Shown one piece after another: positions 12,293 through 26,780 of a stretch of DNA of 64,000 nt. The position numbers were made by a program, and so were the translations under genes. The notes under the pieces are model-generated. The model was not told the DNA's origin, made no database searches, and saw only the letters and a program-made list of their open reading frames with translations. Source of the stretch: Marsupella aquatica (lineage: Eukaryota > Plantae > Marchantiophyta); NCBI GenBank assembly GCA_973895155.1, contig OZ316891.1, positions 13,299,037-13,363,036 of the forward strand, written 5' to 3'. Position 1 is the first letter of the stretch, and each line of letters starts with the position of its first letter.

Positions 12293-14033
12293 ATGGAGGG
12301 TTTCTACGGGGACGAAGCGGTGATAGGAGCAGGGGGACCAATCGCGAAGTGGAGAGACAACGCGACGCGAAAGTTCCAATATTATTTGGACAAGTCGACG
12401 CCGCATCCAGTGGCTCGTTGGGTTGGATCTGTCGTGGCCGCCTTACTTTATTGCCTGCGGGTCTACTATGTGAAGGGCTTCTACATTGTAACTTACGGTT
12501 TGGGGATTTATATTCTGAACTTGCTGATAGGGTTTCTCTCACCCCAAGTTGATCCTGAGAGCGAAGGTCCTGCTTTGCCTACGAGAGGCAGCGACGAATT
12601 CAAGCCCTTCATTCGCCGTCTTCCAGAATTCAAATTCTGGTCAGTCTCTCACCGCTTTTCACAAGATCGTGCCTTACGGTTTGTTCCGTCAGGCAGTTTC
12701 TCGCGTGGGTAGATGTCCTGGGTCGGAGCCTTCTGCGTTTCGGATCTATGAGCGATATGGTTTACATCGTGTCATGGTTTATACGAGTCTCGTTGGCTGT
12801 AGGTTTCATTCAAATTTTCTGTCATATTAAGCCCATGATATCGCTCAATGTCAGTGTGTTTAGAGGCTGATTGACAGCATTGGCTGCATTTCAGCTGCCA
12901 GCTTTGGATATTTTCTCGTCTTATGCCGATACTCGAGGATTTGTCAATCTATTTCGGTTTTGTTGTGAGGACCGGAATGGAGTTTAGGTTGCTTGGTATT
13001 CTGTAGCAGACTTTTTTGCCACGTGATATTTGGGGGCTTGTGTTGACGTAACCCTGGCATAGCCAAAGTGATTAACATACCTGCTGACCTACTTGTTGAG
13101 TGTACACAATTTGGACCATTCTTAAGATTTCTCCTGTTCGTGCCTTCGGATGGTTTTTCTACTGAACAACCGTCTCCCTGACCAATCTAGGATTCTAAAA
13201 GATCTGGTTCTTGGTAGGAAAGTCTCTTTTGTAGCTTTGAGCTCTACTTATACTGGCTCTAAAGCAATGGGTTCATGGATCTCCCGTACTGAAAGCATGT
13301 GATTATTTATGCGAATATATGACTGTCACAATCATACCTAGGGCTTCTTTGATAGTTTCGTTTTAAATTTCCCTTCTGGAGAGGCATAGGTTTCCCTTTT
13401 AGGGCTACATTGTTTCAATTCGATCAGTCCTTGCAGGTCTACTGATTTGGTTGTCCTGGTCTTGTCAACTCCGGATTCTATTTTAGGACCGTTTCCTCGC
13501 GTGTCTAGTAACTTCTTAATGTACATTTCAGTTACCTGGCATGCTTATATTTGGTTGGCGTAGGAAGGTGTTGAGCTCTGGCTGACGGTGTTTTGTGTTT
13601 CTCATGCAGGTATGCGCTGACAAAGGCATTTGTGGTGGCTTTCTGTTTGACATTTTTCTCCATTTTTGATGTACCGGTGTTTTGGCCCATTCTGCTACTG
13701 TATTGGATTGTGCTGTTCGTTCTCACCATGAAGAGACAAATAAGGCACATGATCAAATATAGATATATTCCGTTCTCGTTTGGAAAGCAGGTACGTCCCA
13801 TCTTCTACAAAGTTCAATGTCAATTGTACCCAATTTCTGAGCAGAAAGTTCAAACAGACGTTGGTTGTTGCTGAGGATTGCTTTTTGGGGAGCCCTCCTC
13901 TCGATGGGAATGGTTGTTATGGAATGGAAGTTAGAGTATACTGATTGCTGCCTGGCCTTGTTGCTGACCATTGCAGCGCTACAGTGGGAAGAAGCCGGCT
14001 CAGAGTGACAAGGCAAGCACTTCCAGAGACTAA
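12293..14033 (+). CDS. RER1: RER1 ER-retrieval receptor (194 aa)
   Basis: Exons 12293-12639, 13610-13790, 13977-14033 (585 nt). Hallmarks [82 protein letters not shown]. Confidence 0.97.
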
Positions 14034-17000
14034 AGGGCTACAAGGTGGATGGGTGTATCTCTGCTTACTCTTCAGATCTTGTGCTAGACTCCGCTAATGT
14101 CTTTCACCTTGGGATTATGAGGGTCATATGGGGCCACATTGTGCACCCTTCCAGTGACCTATTGTATTTTCATTGCCGCCCATCTTTCATTCCCGAGAGA
14201 GGTGGATTTAGAGCATTAGGGCGGGTGGGACTGGCAGGTTTATTTGGATTTGTCCAGTCTCTGATTCTTTGGGTGTGGTTGATGAGCACATTAGCTTGTC
14301 TCGTGCTCACTCATAAGTTTTCTACAGAAGCCTTTGTTTTTGAATTACGCATTGAGGCTTAGGAAGACTTACTCTAAAGGGAATAGACACATACCGACGG
14401 TGACTGAACTGGGCAGAGAGTGAATCCTACCCTTTTTTCCAAATTTCTGTTTTGCATGAATACTCCTAGTTCTCTAGTAGGCAACGGTTTAAACCACTGC
14501 CAGACCTTTTCGTCCTGGTGAGTTCAGGTCACCTTCTATTCATGAACTTGTAATTTGAGCCATTTGATTGACTAATATAATGCTCTCTGGCACTTTTTTA
14601 TTTCGAGGATGGTGATTTGAAGTAGAGGTTCAAATCTGTCCCTCTGCCTACTGCTACTGGTAGATAGACCTATTAGTTATGTTTTAACACAGGAAATTTC
14701 TGTCTTGAGCAGGCAGTTGTACCTGACCTGGCTGGGGAGGAGACAGAAGCTTTGAAATCCCCAGGTGTCCCTGCTGTTGTTGATGAGGAGTCAATTTGAG
14801 AGAAACGCTCTGTAGGCAATGTCGATCTAGTAGGTGCAATAGATTCAATCAAGGGCTTTAAGCGTGGCCTTATACCTTTCTATATTCATCAACGGTAATA
14901 GTTTAAAGTCCTTTGTATTCAGGTCGCTCCTGCCTGGTTAGTATTTTCCAGTGAAGGATTCCTTGTACAGTGTTGCAAGTAGAGGTCATCTATTGGGACG
15001 CTCTTAGGTGTTGTGAGGTTACTGCTGAGTTGCTGGTGGAGGGTTGTCCACTCTGCTAGTGGACTGTTTGGACATTTTTACGCACTCGGTAAAGCCATCA
15101 AGGACCGGCAGCTACTTTCTGTGGTATGAGATGGTAGTTTTCTGTAAGACAGAGTGAACACGTTACGGAGGGAGCTTGTGGTTCCTGATAGCCCGTGACT
15201 CTGTCCCTGATTTGGACAAGGGTGAACTCCAAGAGTCTAGACTCGACATCCTGTGGCATACCGGTCGATCCTGATCAAGGGTTGATGAACATGTGGCACT
15301 TCTTAATATCTACCTTGCAGAGCAACTACAATGATTAACCACGGGCAAGCACCCTAGTCTGGTCAAAGGGGAAATTAGGAACACCAGTGATGGGCACCCC
15401 TTCAGACTAGGTTTTAGGAGCAATAACACAGAATAGCGTTGTTGGACCTATCCAGTTATCCCCTTACGGTAGGTCTGTTTAGACACTTTTATAAAATGTT
15501 CAACTCAATTGAAGATGTGAATATAACTCACACAGCAAATATTAGTTCGGTTTCACTAGAGCGTTCGATGTACCTGAAGTGCCTAAATTGTTTCATCAGG
15601 TGCCCATGGGGCAGTTCAAACCTGTCGTACTGGTGGAGATGGTTCCACCGAAGGGCCATCTCCAGCTGGTGCCGAGCCTCTTATATGGCGGGTCCTACCT
15701 GTATGAAGGAATTGAGGCTTCTTAACTGGTCTAACATGCAGTTACTGAAACAGAGCTGGTGGATTCTGGAAAAAGGTCCAAGAAAAGTAGCATATCAGAT
15801 TGGTGTGACATTTAGCATCTGAGATAGCACAGAAACGGAAATAACACATGTGCGAAACGGAAATAACACATGAAATCTTTCGCATCTTTCTATGCTGATT
15901 CCAATGAACGTATGAGCGACTACAAGGGGAAAGAAGTGGACCTTTCCTCTAAGAATTTTGACGCAACAACTCTGACCAGCTACAATACCTCCATTTTCTC
16001 TAGTGTTCAACTACATTTAGCTAAATAAGCAATGGCCCCATAAAGCTTGTTTTTGCTAACTCTTTTTGCCGATGCAGGCAAGGAAAGAGCAGAACTGCCA
16101 TAATCTCGGTTCTAAGCCCTCTTAGTCATCCCCGTAGCGAAGTAGCATCTTTCACAGCTCGCTCTTTCTTTCTTTCTGCTACTAGGCTCTAAGGTTGAAA
16201 AAATGAAAAATGCATAAGCTGATTACTCAGTTTGAAATGAAGTAACAAAGGGGCAATTAATAAATGCTTTATTTTGTAAGTTTTAATTCACTGTTTATCT
16301 GCCTCTCAAATGTCAAACTCCCACACCCTATGCTTTGAAAGCTTAGGTTATGTCACAGTTTAATTTATTGCAATGACTGTTGTCTTGCTCCTAGCATCCA
16401 GGTCCATTTTTGGATAACGTTTTGGATGTTTACAGCCCATTCTCTACACTATGTGCCCTGCAATGGATGCCCCTGGCCGAGTAGCCTATATATGGAGCCC
16501 TGTTGGTCATGAAAATTGTGCGCAACAAAGTGCAAAACCCAATTTGAAGGGGTGGACCCAAACAAATTAAACACTTTATTCCATCCCAGATCTTCTGATT
16601 TACGTTATTTACGCTCCCATTAAAAATTTCCTTCCCAGGCCAGAAAACACAAGATTCCATCACAAAATCTCGAAAAGATCCTTGCCAAGCCAAAAAAGTA
16701 AAAGATTACATCTCACAATCTCGAAACCGCCGTCACTCAGTAGACTCTATGGTCACGGTTCCCCACCTACTAACTGTAGTGGGGCTCGCCACCTCCATCT
16801 CTCCCTCCAAAGTCCGCAGCAGGAACAGCGACGATTTCATCTGGGGACGGCGCTAGCCGCTACTCAAAGAACCATCACCTCCAACTTTGGAGCTCCATTT
16901 TCACCTCCATCTCTGTCTCCAAACTCCGTTAGTTTTCCGTTCAGCTCTGCCAAGTAGTGTTTTCTTTGGCGGCACTTCCAGAGGGGCACTGGCGGCCTTT

Positions 17001-17961
17001 ACATTTGGGGCGCTCCCGTGCCTTCGAGGAACTCCACCCACATTGCGAACTGCAGACCACGACTTCATCGACAGTAAACAATACCGGTAGATCTCCAATT
17101 GCAGAATTGCTCAACAATAATGGTGTTGTTGCTGCGAAGTTAAAAAGCACTGTAGTTGTCGGGAGAGAGAGAGGGTCATTGAGCCTCTTTCCGCACGGAT
17201 TCCTCGTAGAAGGTTCTCGCACCTTCTCTTAAGATTGACATAATCCGTCGTGCATGCTTCCGAATGCTTGATTCCCCTTGATTGGGTCCTCTGCCTTTGG
17301 GATCATGTCTTCCCGGTTGGGCGCGTCCTCTTTGGTTTTGCGGTGCTTTTGAATCTCTTTCTTGGGCGGCTTTCTCTCGTGTGGGGCGGAGGAGATTCAA
17401 GATTGTATGGCACGTCATTAGAGGTGAAGCAAGGAGGCGCTAGTGCTAAAAGCGAGTATTGTGCATCGTGTGAGATATCTTTCATGTCGTTCGCACTTCT
17501 ATACATTGGTCATTGATTCAGCTTCCTCCGTTCCGAGGCAATTCCGCTCGACTCCACTGGACTCCGGCTGGCAGCTTTCCAGCTTTGCCTTTGGTTTTCT
17601 CAGCTTTGTCGGATTTTACTTTCGCGGGGAGTCGATTCGATTCGACTGGACTCTGGTCAGATATCGAGAGGAGGGAGGCGCGGGTTTCGAGGGAGAACGT
17701 TTTTCTCTACGATTCGCGGTACATCCATGCGCTCATGCTGTGTTGTTTATTCGTGCAATTGGATGGAATCAATTAGAGTTACAAGTCCACCCGTTTCTTC
17801 TCTCAGTTAGTGTGGTGCATCGTGCTGTCCTCGTCCGAGCGTATGTCAGTTTGAGATTCTGTTTTCTCCGCATGAATTACACGTCACAGCTAGCGAAGCA
17901 TTTGTGTTCCGTATCTGCTCTCTTGTCCCGAATCGATTCTTGTGGACATTGCCTGCCGTCT

Positions 17962-17969
17962 TCTGTCTA

Positions 17970-18011
<42 letters not shown>
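17962..18011 (+). repeat. (TCTG)n microsatellite in DeSI 5' region
   Basis: tctgtctatctgtctgtctg... run of ~12 tetramers. Confidence 0.85.
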
Positions 18012-18012
<1 letters not shown>

Positions 18013-18406
18013 CGTCCTCCTGTTCAAGGTCTCAAAACTGTCGGTTCAACAGGAAGAGTGCTCTTGAATACCGGTGGAAGAGACCCTTGGAAGAGTGCTC
18101 TTGAATACCGTTCCCTTAGCTGGATTGGAGCCTCGTTTAAGCCTTTAACCCTAATTTCCTATAACCCTTTTTCTTGTCCTAGGGCAATCTCGGTCCATAA
18201 CGTTGGTACTTCTGCACTAGCCGAATTGTCCTTCTCTGCACAATGTATGTGAATGAAATTGTATTTTGTGCTATTTTAATCTCCTCTGCGTGTGTCGTAA
18301 AAAACGAAGTATTTCGGAACGCGTGTTAATTTCATACCTGTATGTGCAGTCAGGCACATAAAGGCAGAGGATTTTTGCGTGCCGGAGTTGGTTGTTTTCC
18401 CCGAAC

Positions 18407-20042
18407 ATGTCGCAGGTACTCATCCATGATGGTCTTGGAAACTTGCTTGGACCGTTTTGTAGGTGAAACGTCAGTATGGAGAATTGTTTTACAAAATATA
18501 AAACCTCTTCGAATTGGCTTGTTGCTCACGAAGGCCTGTTTTTGCCTTGCGTGTTTGCTATCTGAGAAATCTGTGTCTTCTTTACTGTTAATGAGTGAAT
18601 GATGTGGAAAAACCAGGAAGGAGAAAAGGTTGTGTTGAACGTTTATGACCTGAGCCAAGGACTTGCACGTCAACTCTCTGCATCGTTGTTGGGAAAAGTG
18701 ATTGAAGGGATTTGGTCGGTAATTATGATGTCTCCGTGAAATTACATCCATTCACTTACATATGAAGCTACCTTTTCTCTTACTGTTATGGACACGGTTG
18801 AAGTAAAGTGGTGTATTTTCATTAGTGTACTCTAAGGCGAAGGTGTTTGGGTAGAATAACTGCCAGACCCGGTAGTTCGGGTCCATCGTTGTCACTAAGC
18901 TTTGTATCGATGCATGCCAATTACCGTGTTCTTCCGATCGATCTTGACATCTGCCAACTCTTCCATCGCCTAACGCTACTGTGTCCAACATCAGGCACAC
19001 TGGAGTCGTAGTGTATGGGCAAGAGTATTATTTTGGTGGTGGAATTCAGAGAACTCCTGTAGGACAAACTCCATATGGGAGGCCTTTGAAAGTTGTGGAC
19101 CTGGGGACCACACAACTACCTAAGGAGGTCTTGGAAGACTATCTCAATGAAATAAGTCCAAGGTACACGCAGGCAACATACAACGTGCTGCGTCATAACT
19201 GCAACAATTTCAGCGAGGAGATTGCTCAGTTTCTCGTCGGGAGTGGCATTCCACAATATATACTTGGGTTGCCAGATGAAGTTATGAGTAGCCCCATGGG
19301 AGGCATGCTGTGTAAGAACACTCTCATTGACGATCTTCAAGAGATTCAATTGCTGTGGTTTTGTTCTTAAAGTGTTTATGTTGGCTTCTAGAAAAAACGC
19401 TAATTTCTGGTGAGGGAGAAATGTGGTCTATGCCTCTGAACTTGCAGTTTTTTTGCTTTCGCTGGCCTCCTTCTATGACCACGTCAAGCATTTGCAATTA
19501 AATGTATATTATGCAGATGAAATATGAAAGTGGGCAAAGTATGAACTCGATTTGACTTCGAAGTCTGTCGACCTTTTCATTTTCATGACCACATTTTTTG
19601 TCTTCTTGCAGTGCCAATGATACAGCAGCTGGAGACATCCTTGTCGCACAATCAAGCACCTGCCATGCCACAGCAACTTGATAGCGCAGGTATCCCTAAT
19701 TTCTCAGGGATTCAGGTGCCACCTTCTGCTGGAGTAGCATTCAGTCAGACTATCTCCAGTCCACCCTCATCGACCACAACTTCCACAGTCGAGAAATCAG
19801 AATCTGTCGGGCCCGCAGAGAAGACGGAAGTGGTCCCTGTACAACCTCAGGACACAAAAAAAAAACAGAGTCCAGCCAGTCAGCCACAGCAGGATGCTCT
19901 GGGGGATGCAAGGGCGAAGGTGCAAGAGGAGATTACGCGTGAGTTTATGGAGCTAATGGCTTCTGGGAGCTTTAGGGCCAGTGAGGCAGCTGCTCTTGCT
20001 GCCCGTCGGGTAATGGCACGACATGGTATTCCAACAAATTAA
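18407..20042 (+). CDS. DeSI/PPPDE desumoylating isopeptidase (284 aa)
   Basis: Exons 18407-18415, 18617-18714, 18995-19311, 19612-20042 (855 nt). VVLNVYDLSQGLARQLS, catalytic His in IWHTGVVVYG and Cys in HNCNNFS; plant C-terminal motif DARAKVQEEITREF...RASEAAALA. Confidence 0.95.
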
Positions 20043-21380
20043 GATATGGATTATGAGGCAGCATTTCCAGAGATTAATTATACGAAGGTTGAAGCTAGCA
20101 GTGAGTGCGATGATTCAACCAACGGAGAAGGTTCTGAGTTTGGTATATACATTCATACTATATTCAACGCTTTGAAAGCACGAGTCTCAAATTGCATGTC
20201 ATGCTTTGGCTTACTTTGAAACTCGTGCTTCAACATACAATGGCGTGAACATTCTTTTAGAAACTTTCCGGGGACACATTTGAGCAGTAGAAAATTCCTT
20301 TGCTGATTGACTCGGCCCTACTGATTGACTTTGATCGAATCATGTAATAATTTGGAATGACGTTGTTTTTTGCATTATTTACTTGTGATTAGTATCATCG
20401 CATTGTACTCACCTTTTCAGCCACAGTTACACCTGTTTACAGGATTTGTCTTGACTAAAGAAGAGCTAGCATGTCAGTTTGGCGACAATGGCCTGATGCA
20501 AATTGGCAGGTCTATTCTGCAGGTGTTGGATTGTACAGATGTTTCTTCAACAGATCTGTTCCATTTCTATAGTAGAGTGAGTGTCTTGCCAGTCTCTACT
20601 GTAGGGTATATTTTTGTTTTGCGCCGGGTTGACTGTTTCCATGGCGCTAAGTCTGTCCGAAACTCACTTTTCCGGGGGTTTTCTTCAGCAACAGTTGACA
20701 GTCAACTGCTCGTCAACAGTTCACAATACTGCCATCGTTTTAGAAAATCCCGGATGACCATCTGAAGTTGAGTCGCAACTATCTAGCTCCTGTGCCTCGT
20801 TCCTGCTAATCAATTCTAAGTGCGTTTAAGTCTTGCTGGGCATTTCGATGATTCGTAGCTTTGCTCAAATGACTTTCCTGATCGATCTTGGGTATTAAAA
20901 GTTGGGTTTTCCTTACCTGGTCAGGTGTGGGGCCCCTATCCATGCCAGAATCTGGCCTAAGTATATTTGATCTAGTAAGTCGAAGCTTAGACCCCATGCA
21001 TGCTGCATATCAAGAAAACTCCAAATCGATGATCTCTTTGTGTGAATGAGTCCAGCTTACAGTGTAGAGCGATACCGGTGAATCCCATTTCTGACGGAAT
21101 AGTCAGAACACAATTCTGATGACTCATGTGCCCATTCTGTCAATTACCCTTCCCACATGATACAGACTGCTCCGATCGTTAGTAGGCAAGGTTAACATCA
21201 AACTACTACCTGGCGGACGTCTATGTCACATCACTCGGATGAAATTGAAAGGAATCCTCAGATCCATCCAGTCTCTCAGACTGAGGCGTCCCCATCAATT
21301 CTAATAACCTTAGATACAGTCGTGTGATCGACTGTCCGACGGATAACCGTCATTATTGTCAGCACCCTGAGCCAAGTTCC

Positions 21381-21458
21381 TGTTGGTGTCACCTCATGCA
21401 AGCATCTTGCTCGGAAAGATGTTGGTGTCACCTCATGCAAGCATCTTGCTCGGAAAGA
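21381..21458. repeat. Perfect 39-bp tandem duplication
   Basis: tgttggtgtcacctcatgcaagcatcttgctcggaaaga x2. Confidence 0.9.
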
Positions 21459-22109
21459 ACGGTACGTCAGATTTGTTCTTCGCTCCCAGTCACGTCTTGT
21501 TTTAGAGGTTCCCGGCTCCATCAGCAAATTAATCGTCAATCCGGGACTGACCGGCTCAATCCATCGCGAAGGGAACAGCAGGCTGAGCGTAAGCTTCCAC
21601 TTTCATTCGCACAGCCATTCCTCCCGGATGAGATGTTGTTTACCTGGGTCCTCGAGAAATTGGTTCACCTGCTGATTGAAACGACTGTGCTTACTTGGAT
21701 AGATATCACAAAATCCTTCAGAGTGCCGCATTATCGAAGAGCATCGAAAATTACTGAAGATTGGTACATACCATTGACTGGAAGAACTTACAGGAAAGTG
21801 ATGGACGGCAAAATTTGCGTAGTCTCCAAGCTTTGTGAGTACCATCGATGGAGATGTTGAGTTTCATGCTTCATGGCTCTGAAGTTTCGTAAGATGTGCT
21901 CTGATGATGCTCAGGAATCATTGATTCGAGCACTAATGTCGCTAGCATCCATTCTCCTGGGACTATCTTCTTACTAATAGGTGAGCTAAAGATTGACCAT
22001 AGTTAACCTCTCAAGTATTATAGTACCTGTAGATTTAAGAGAAAAAATCATTTATTTTTTAGTATTACATATGCTTGTGGTAGTGCAAAGGCACTCCCAC
22101 TAGTAGTTG

Positions 22110-22349
22110 GTAACAACAGGGAGGTAGAAGGTGTTTTCCTAGCATGAATTCTGATTTGGAGTCATTTAGAGGTGTTCAGTTATAATCCTACACATGGTAC
22201 AACAAGGAGGTAGAAACCACATTGTGTCTAGCATGGATTCTGATTTAGAGGTGTTCAGTCATAATCCTACACATGGGATGACCAGGAGGTAGGCACCATT
22301 GTGTCTAGCATGGATTCTGACTTAGAGACTTTCAGTTCAGTCATAATCT
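22110..22349. repeat. Diverged ~75-85 bp tandem repeat x3
   Basis: ggaggtag...ctagcatg(g/a)attctga(t/c)tt...ttcagt(c/t)ataatc repeated three times. Confidence 0.75.
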
Positions 22350-22362
22350 GATATATGCTGGC

Positions 22363-22841
22363 TGTCATGCGAATCCACATCGTCATACAACATACATCGC
22401 TGGTCATGCCATACTCACATACATGCATAACATGGACAAGAGCATACACAAATACAAGACAGTGTACCGCAACTGAAATCCGTGAAAGACATACTGTCAT
22501 AAAACACGTAAGAACACACACAGTCAAGCCAAACCCACTCCGCAATGGAGAATCTAGGTCGAAGCTAACGGGACACCATATATAGCCAAGGAGCTCCACT
22601 CACTACCAAGGCTCTCCCAACGCCAAAGGCTCAACTCAAAGAATTAACCGTCCTTTGAGCCTCTCCACACTATACCCTCCAACCCTAAAGGCAAGTCCTA
22701 CTAGAGGAGTCACCCTCAACAGGGCACCCCCTCTAACCCTCTACCATGGAACCAGACTCCTAACTATGCACTACGGCCCATCTAAGGTATGGACTCCGCT
22801 AGCACACTACATAGTCTAGCACGCTACGTATGGTCATGACA
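22363..22841. mobile_element. Possible solo LTR (~479 bp)
   Basis: Begins TGTCATG and ends CATGACA (TG...CA with short inverted ends); flanks tggc/tagc give only an imperfect TSD. Confidence 0.4.
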
Positions 22842-24957
22842 TAGCTTTGCATACATAGACAAGGCCATCCAGGGATGACCCTCCTCCAATCAAAGGTGGT
22901 CCTCATGCTCTGATCTAATAACCTAATCCAACCCAATCCAATCTAATCTATCTATATCTGATCTAAACCGTTTTAGGGTACTCATGACTTTTCAAGTGTG
23001 ACTTCTGTATAGTTACACGTGAGGATAGACATACAAATTTGGAATTTGGCAAGAACCAATATCAGTAGTGGGATAGGCTGCAAGTGTTTTGGTGACCATC
23101 CAATCTGTCAAAAGAATGGCATGAAGACAAAAGGGCTACTTGTTGGGCCTAAGCCTTATTCATGTTGATTCCTTGGATTCCCTCTGGCTCACTGAATGAT
23201 TTTTGAACCATCACATTCCAGAGTTGGCACTTTTCCCCGCATGGGGAACCCCTTTCTACTCAGTGTGCACCCTCTGCCTCCCAAGTCTGCCCAACTGGCA
23301 CTCCCTCTAGCTTGGTGTCAGCTATTTTCTCATTTTATAAACATACCAATTGAATAAGTTTTTGGCAGGATAGGGTAATAGGGTATCTTGATTCTGGACT
23401 TCACGGCTTTGTTTGGTATTTTGAAATACACACTACTAAGTACACACTAATCATGGAGTTACCATAAAATATGCCTTAGCGGAGAAAGAAAACTACTTCT
23501 GGGGTACTAATTGGAGTACAAAGCCCTTTAGTTTGCAAATATCCATCACATGCAAGGCCATCCAGAAGAAATAAGCCATTTTAGATGTGAAAAAAACACA
23601 TGCTTCCATTTTATATGATGGACTGAAGGGAAATTAGGGCGGTATGGGTCTAGTATGGGTTACTAAACGATGTGCACATTACAAGCGGAGCATAGGGAGG
23701 TGGCCGTTAGTTGAGTCTTTGTGTGACCATGCAAGGCCAGGCAGAGCTCGTTGGTCACAAACCTAGCTGGTTCAAGTGAGAGTTAGGACCCTCAACCCAC
23801 CAAAAAGAATGCCACCTCTTGAGTGGGTATTCTGGATGGGGTTAGACTCATTCATTTAAGTTTTCCAGGGTGGCCAATGGGAATTGTGGAAGAATATCTA
23901 TATTTTCTATTAATATGTGCGGCACAATCCTGCTAACCCATTGTCACGGTTCTAATAAAATTAAGCCACTCTTGCTGTGCAGTGCGCACTATCATCTCAC
24001 AGTAGAGTACAATGTAGTCTAGAAGTGTTTGACCCATGGCTTTGGCATTTTGGAACATGACTTTTGAATAGGATAATGTACTGGTTAGAGGGCATTGTGG
24101 GATATAATGCTCTGAAAAACAAGGGCAGTAGCTAGGACATTAATGTGCATAAAAACTTGAGTGACTTTTGGTAACAAACAAGGAAAAATGAATCCCTGAA
24201 ATAGAAAGTTCAAATTAAAGGGTCATCCAAGAAGAGTTTGCTATGGAATTGGCCAAAAATATATGTCTTTAGTTATATATTAGATTCAATTTATAGATAT
24301 TTTGTTAGTATCGATCACCACATAACATTTGGTTATCATCTTGAGATCTTGAATAAAATTTATTATTTTGTTTTATATGGTCCCGGGGGGGTCACTTCCG
24401 CTGAAGTGCCACATCACGTGCAACGAAGTATAGGGCCATTTAATTGAGTTCGGCGGAAGACTTCCGAAGATTGGTGGAAGAACTAAAGGGTCCGTTTTAA
24501 TTATTGGGCCGCTTTAAAGAACAATAGGCATTGTTTAATTGGGACATATTCCACGGAAGTTGTCCAGCAAAGTTAGGGATTTTATTGTCATATGTTCATG
24601 CGACACGCGTCATGTTTATATTGGACCACGTGTCTCCTTGTAATTACAACACGTGTTTTTAGGTGGTAAATATTAATTTTTGCCGCAACATGAATGTTTC
24701 AATTTTTGCCCTATTGTAACCAAACTTTATAATTGTGAACAATTTCTATTTGGGGTTTATTGGGATGGGGTCTAAAGTCGGTTAAGGGACCCCGGGGGAC
24801 CGATGATGCTACTCAGGGTTTGCAAGGGCCGTCAATGTTTAGGGTTTAAGATCTGACGGTGCACAATGGCTCGGGAGGTGGCTGTAGGGGACGAGGATTG
24901 TGGGCCCGAGGTTGAGGGAGGACGCGCGAACATTGAGTTTCAAACTCAATGTTCACT

Positions 24958-25268
24958 TTCTTCGTGGCAATTGGGAGGGCTGCATTGCACTGCCGCGACT
25001 TTCTTTGTGACAATCGGGAGGGGCTGCGCTTTGCTTTCTTTGTGACAATCGGGAGGGGCTGCGCTGCGCTTTCATCGTGACAATCGGGAGGGGCTGCACT
25101 TTGCTTTCTTCGTGACAATCGGGAGGGGTTGCGCTGTGCTTTCATCGTGACAATCGGGAGGGCTGCGCTGTGCTTTCATCGTGACAATCAGGAGGGCTGC
25201 GCTGTGCTGCCGTGGAGGATCTTCAACTTTCTTTGTGACAATCGGGGCTGCGTTGCGCTGCCGCAACT
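24958..25268. repeat. Internal ~35-bp tandem array (~8 copies) inside the transposon
   Basis: Unit ttc(t/a)tcgtgacaatcgggaggggctgcgct(g/t)tgct repeated head to tail. Confidence 0.9.
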
Positions 25269-26780
25269 TTGGAGGGTGACTGTGACTGATTTGCGCTGCC
25301 GTGATATTGGAGAGGATCCAGGTAGACTGAGTGTTGCTACTGCCACAAGTTCTGGGGTGAGTTCGGAGAGGAGGTACATTGTGAGGCCGACTGTTACTTG
25401 GTTTGGATCGAGCTTGATAGAAACTGATGAGGTCTCCACCATAGCTTTTTGTTTGTTTCCCTCCCGGTTTCCCTGCGTTCTGCTTTCTTCTTATGTTTCT
25501 CTCTTTATATGTGTTAGGAGGACGACAACGCTACAGAGGAAGGTTGGCGGAAAGGAGGTGATACTCCTGGCTTATGTGGGCCCTTGAAGGTTGCTCCTCT
25601 TGCAAATGTTGCCGCACATCGATGTCAGTTGCTATCTGTTTGCTAGCATTTCCTCTTTTCCTGCGACGTGTTCCTTTCCTTTCATATCAAAGGAGGGCGA
25701 TGTCGGCTAGAGGATTGCTGCTCCGTTGTTGCTGTCCGGTTCTTTAGCTGCGGGATTGAGCTGTGTGATTGCTTGCAGAAAGACGCAGACCCAGAAGGAA
25801 TGCTTGGTGAGGGCGGAAGAGTGAAGGAAGTCTTTCATCTGCCAGGTTAGAATCTATCACTTCGCTTGCAAACTTCACAGGAGTGACAAACAAAGTCTAT
25901 GTTGTCACAGTCACAAGCCTGTGTGATTGCATTGCCTTGAAAAGAGCTACCCTGAAATCCAGCGTAGAAGCTTCTGAAAAGTTGCACATCTGATCCCCAC
26001 CCGCATTGGCAGGATTGTCCATTTAGGGTGAACTCAGTAAGGGACATTCTATTTGGTCCCATTACTTGGTGGTTCTCGGTGATCAGTTATTTCTTGGTGA
26101 TTGGTGCTTCCTTTGTGATCGGTGCTCGATCTTTGTTGTGATCGGTGCTTGGTGCTTGATCTTCATTGTGATTAGTGCTCGCTATCCAAATCAGATCCAA
26201 TCTGATCCTGCACTGTGCTGTGCAGTGAAGGTATGAACGTTGCTATGAATGACTCATTTTGTGGGTTCCAAAACTATGGATTTGTTGACATTCTTGTGAA
26301 TGAAAGTCTTCTTTGGTTTTGTTTTGTTGCAGCTTGGCTTAGCAGAATGCACAGCTAGAGTTGCCTTCAACGTAGGACCTCAAGGTAGAATTGCGGAGGT
26401 AGTAGACATACAGACCCTCAGAGTCTAAATCTTCTCGGAGTATTGAAGGAAGCTTGTTGTGAACAATGTCACAATGCAGGTCAACATTATTGTCTGCAAG
26501 GGCTACATTCTGAATTATTTGCTCCATTGTTGTCTTTGTAGGGCGAGTTCACTTACTAGTGGTACGTGGGTCTCGGATCATGTTGTTTAGGGCTGTATTC
26601 TATATCAGTGTTGTGCACAGGACAACATACTCCAGGTGTGGATCTCCCCTCTTTTCAGTTATGGTCTGGTGTATGTACTATAGTTGAAGTTGTGCAGTAT
26701 TATTCAGCTGTCTAACTGATTTGAATGTACAGAGACAAAATAACTATGATATGTTTTAATTGTGCACTGTGGAATGTGCA

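Noticed and set aside
15440-16010. Possible solo LTR (TGTTG...CAAC)
   Set aside because: Right end lacks terminal CA and flanks do not form a TSD.
24846-25587. Repetitive ORFs, and the array as a possible CRISPR
   Set aside because: Translations of the 35-bp tandem repeat; units are contiguous with no unique spacers, and the context is eukaryotic.
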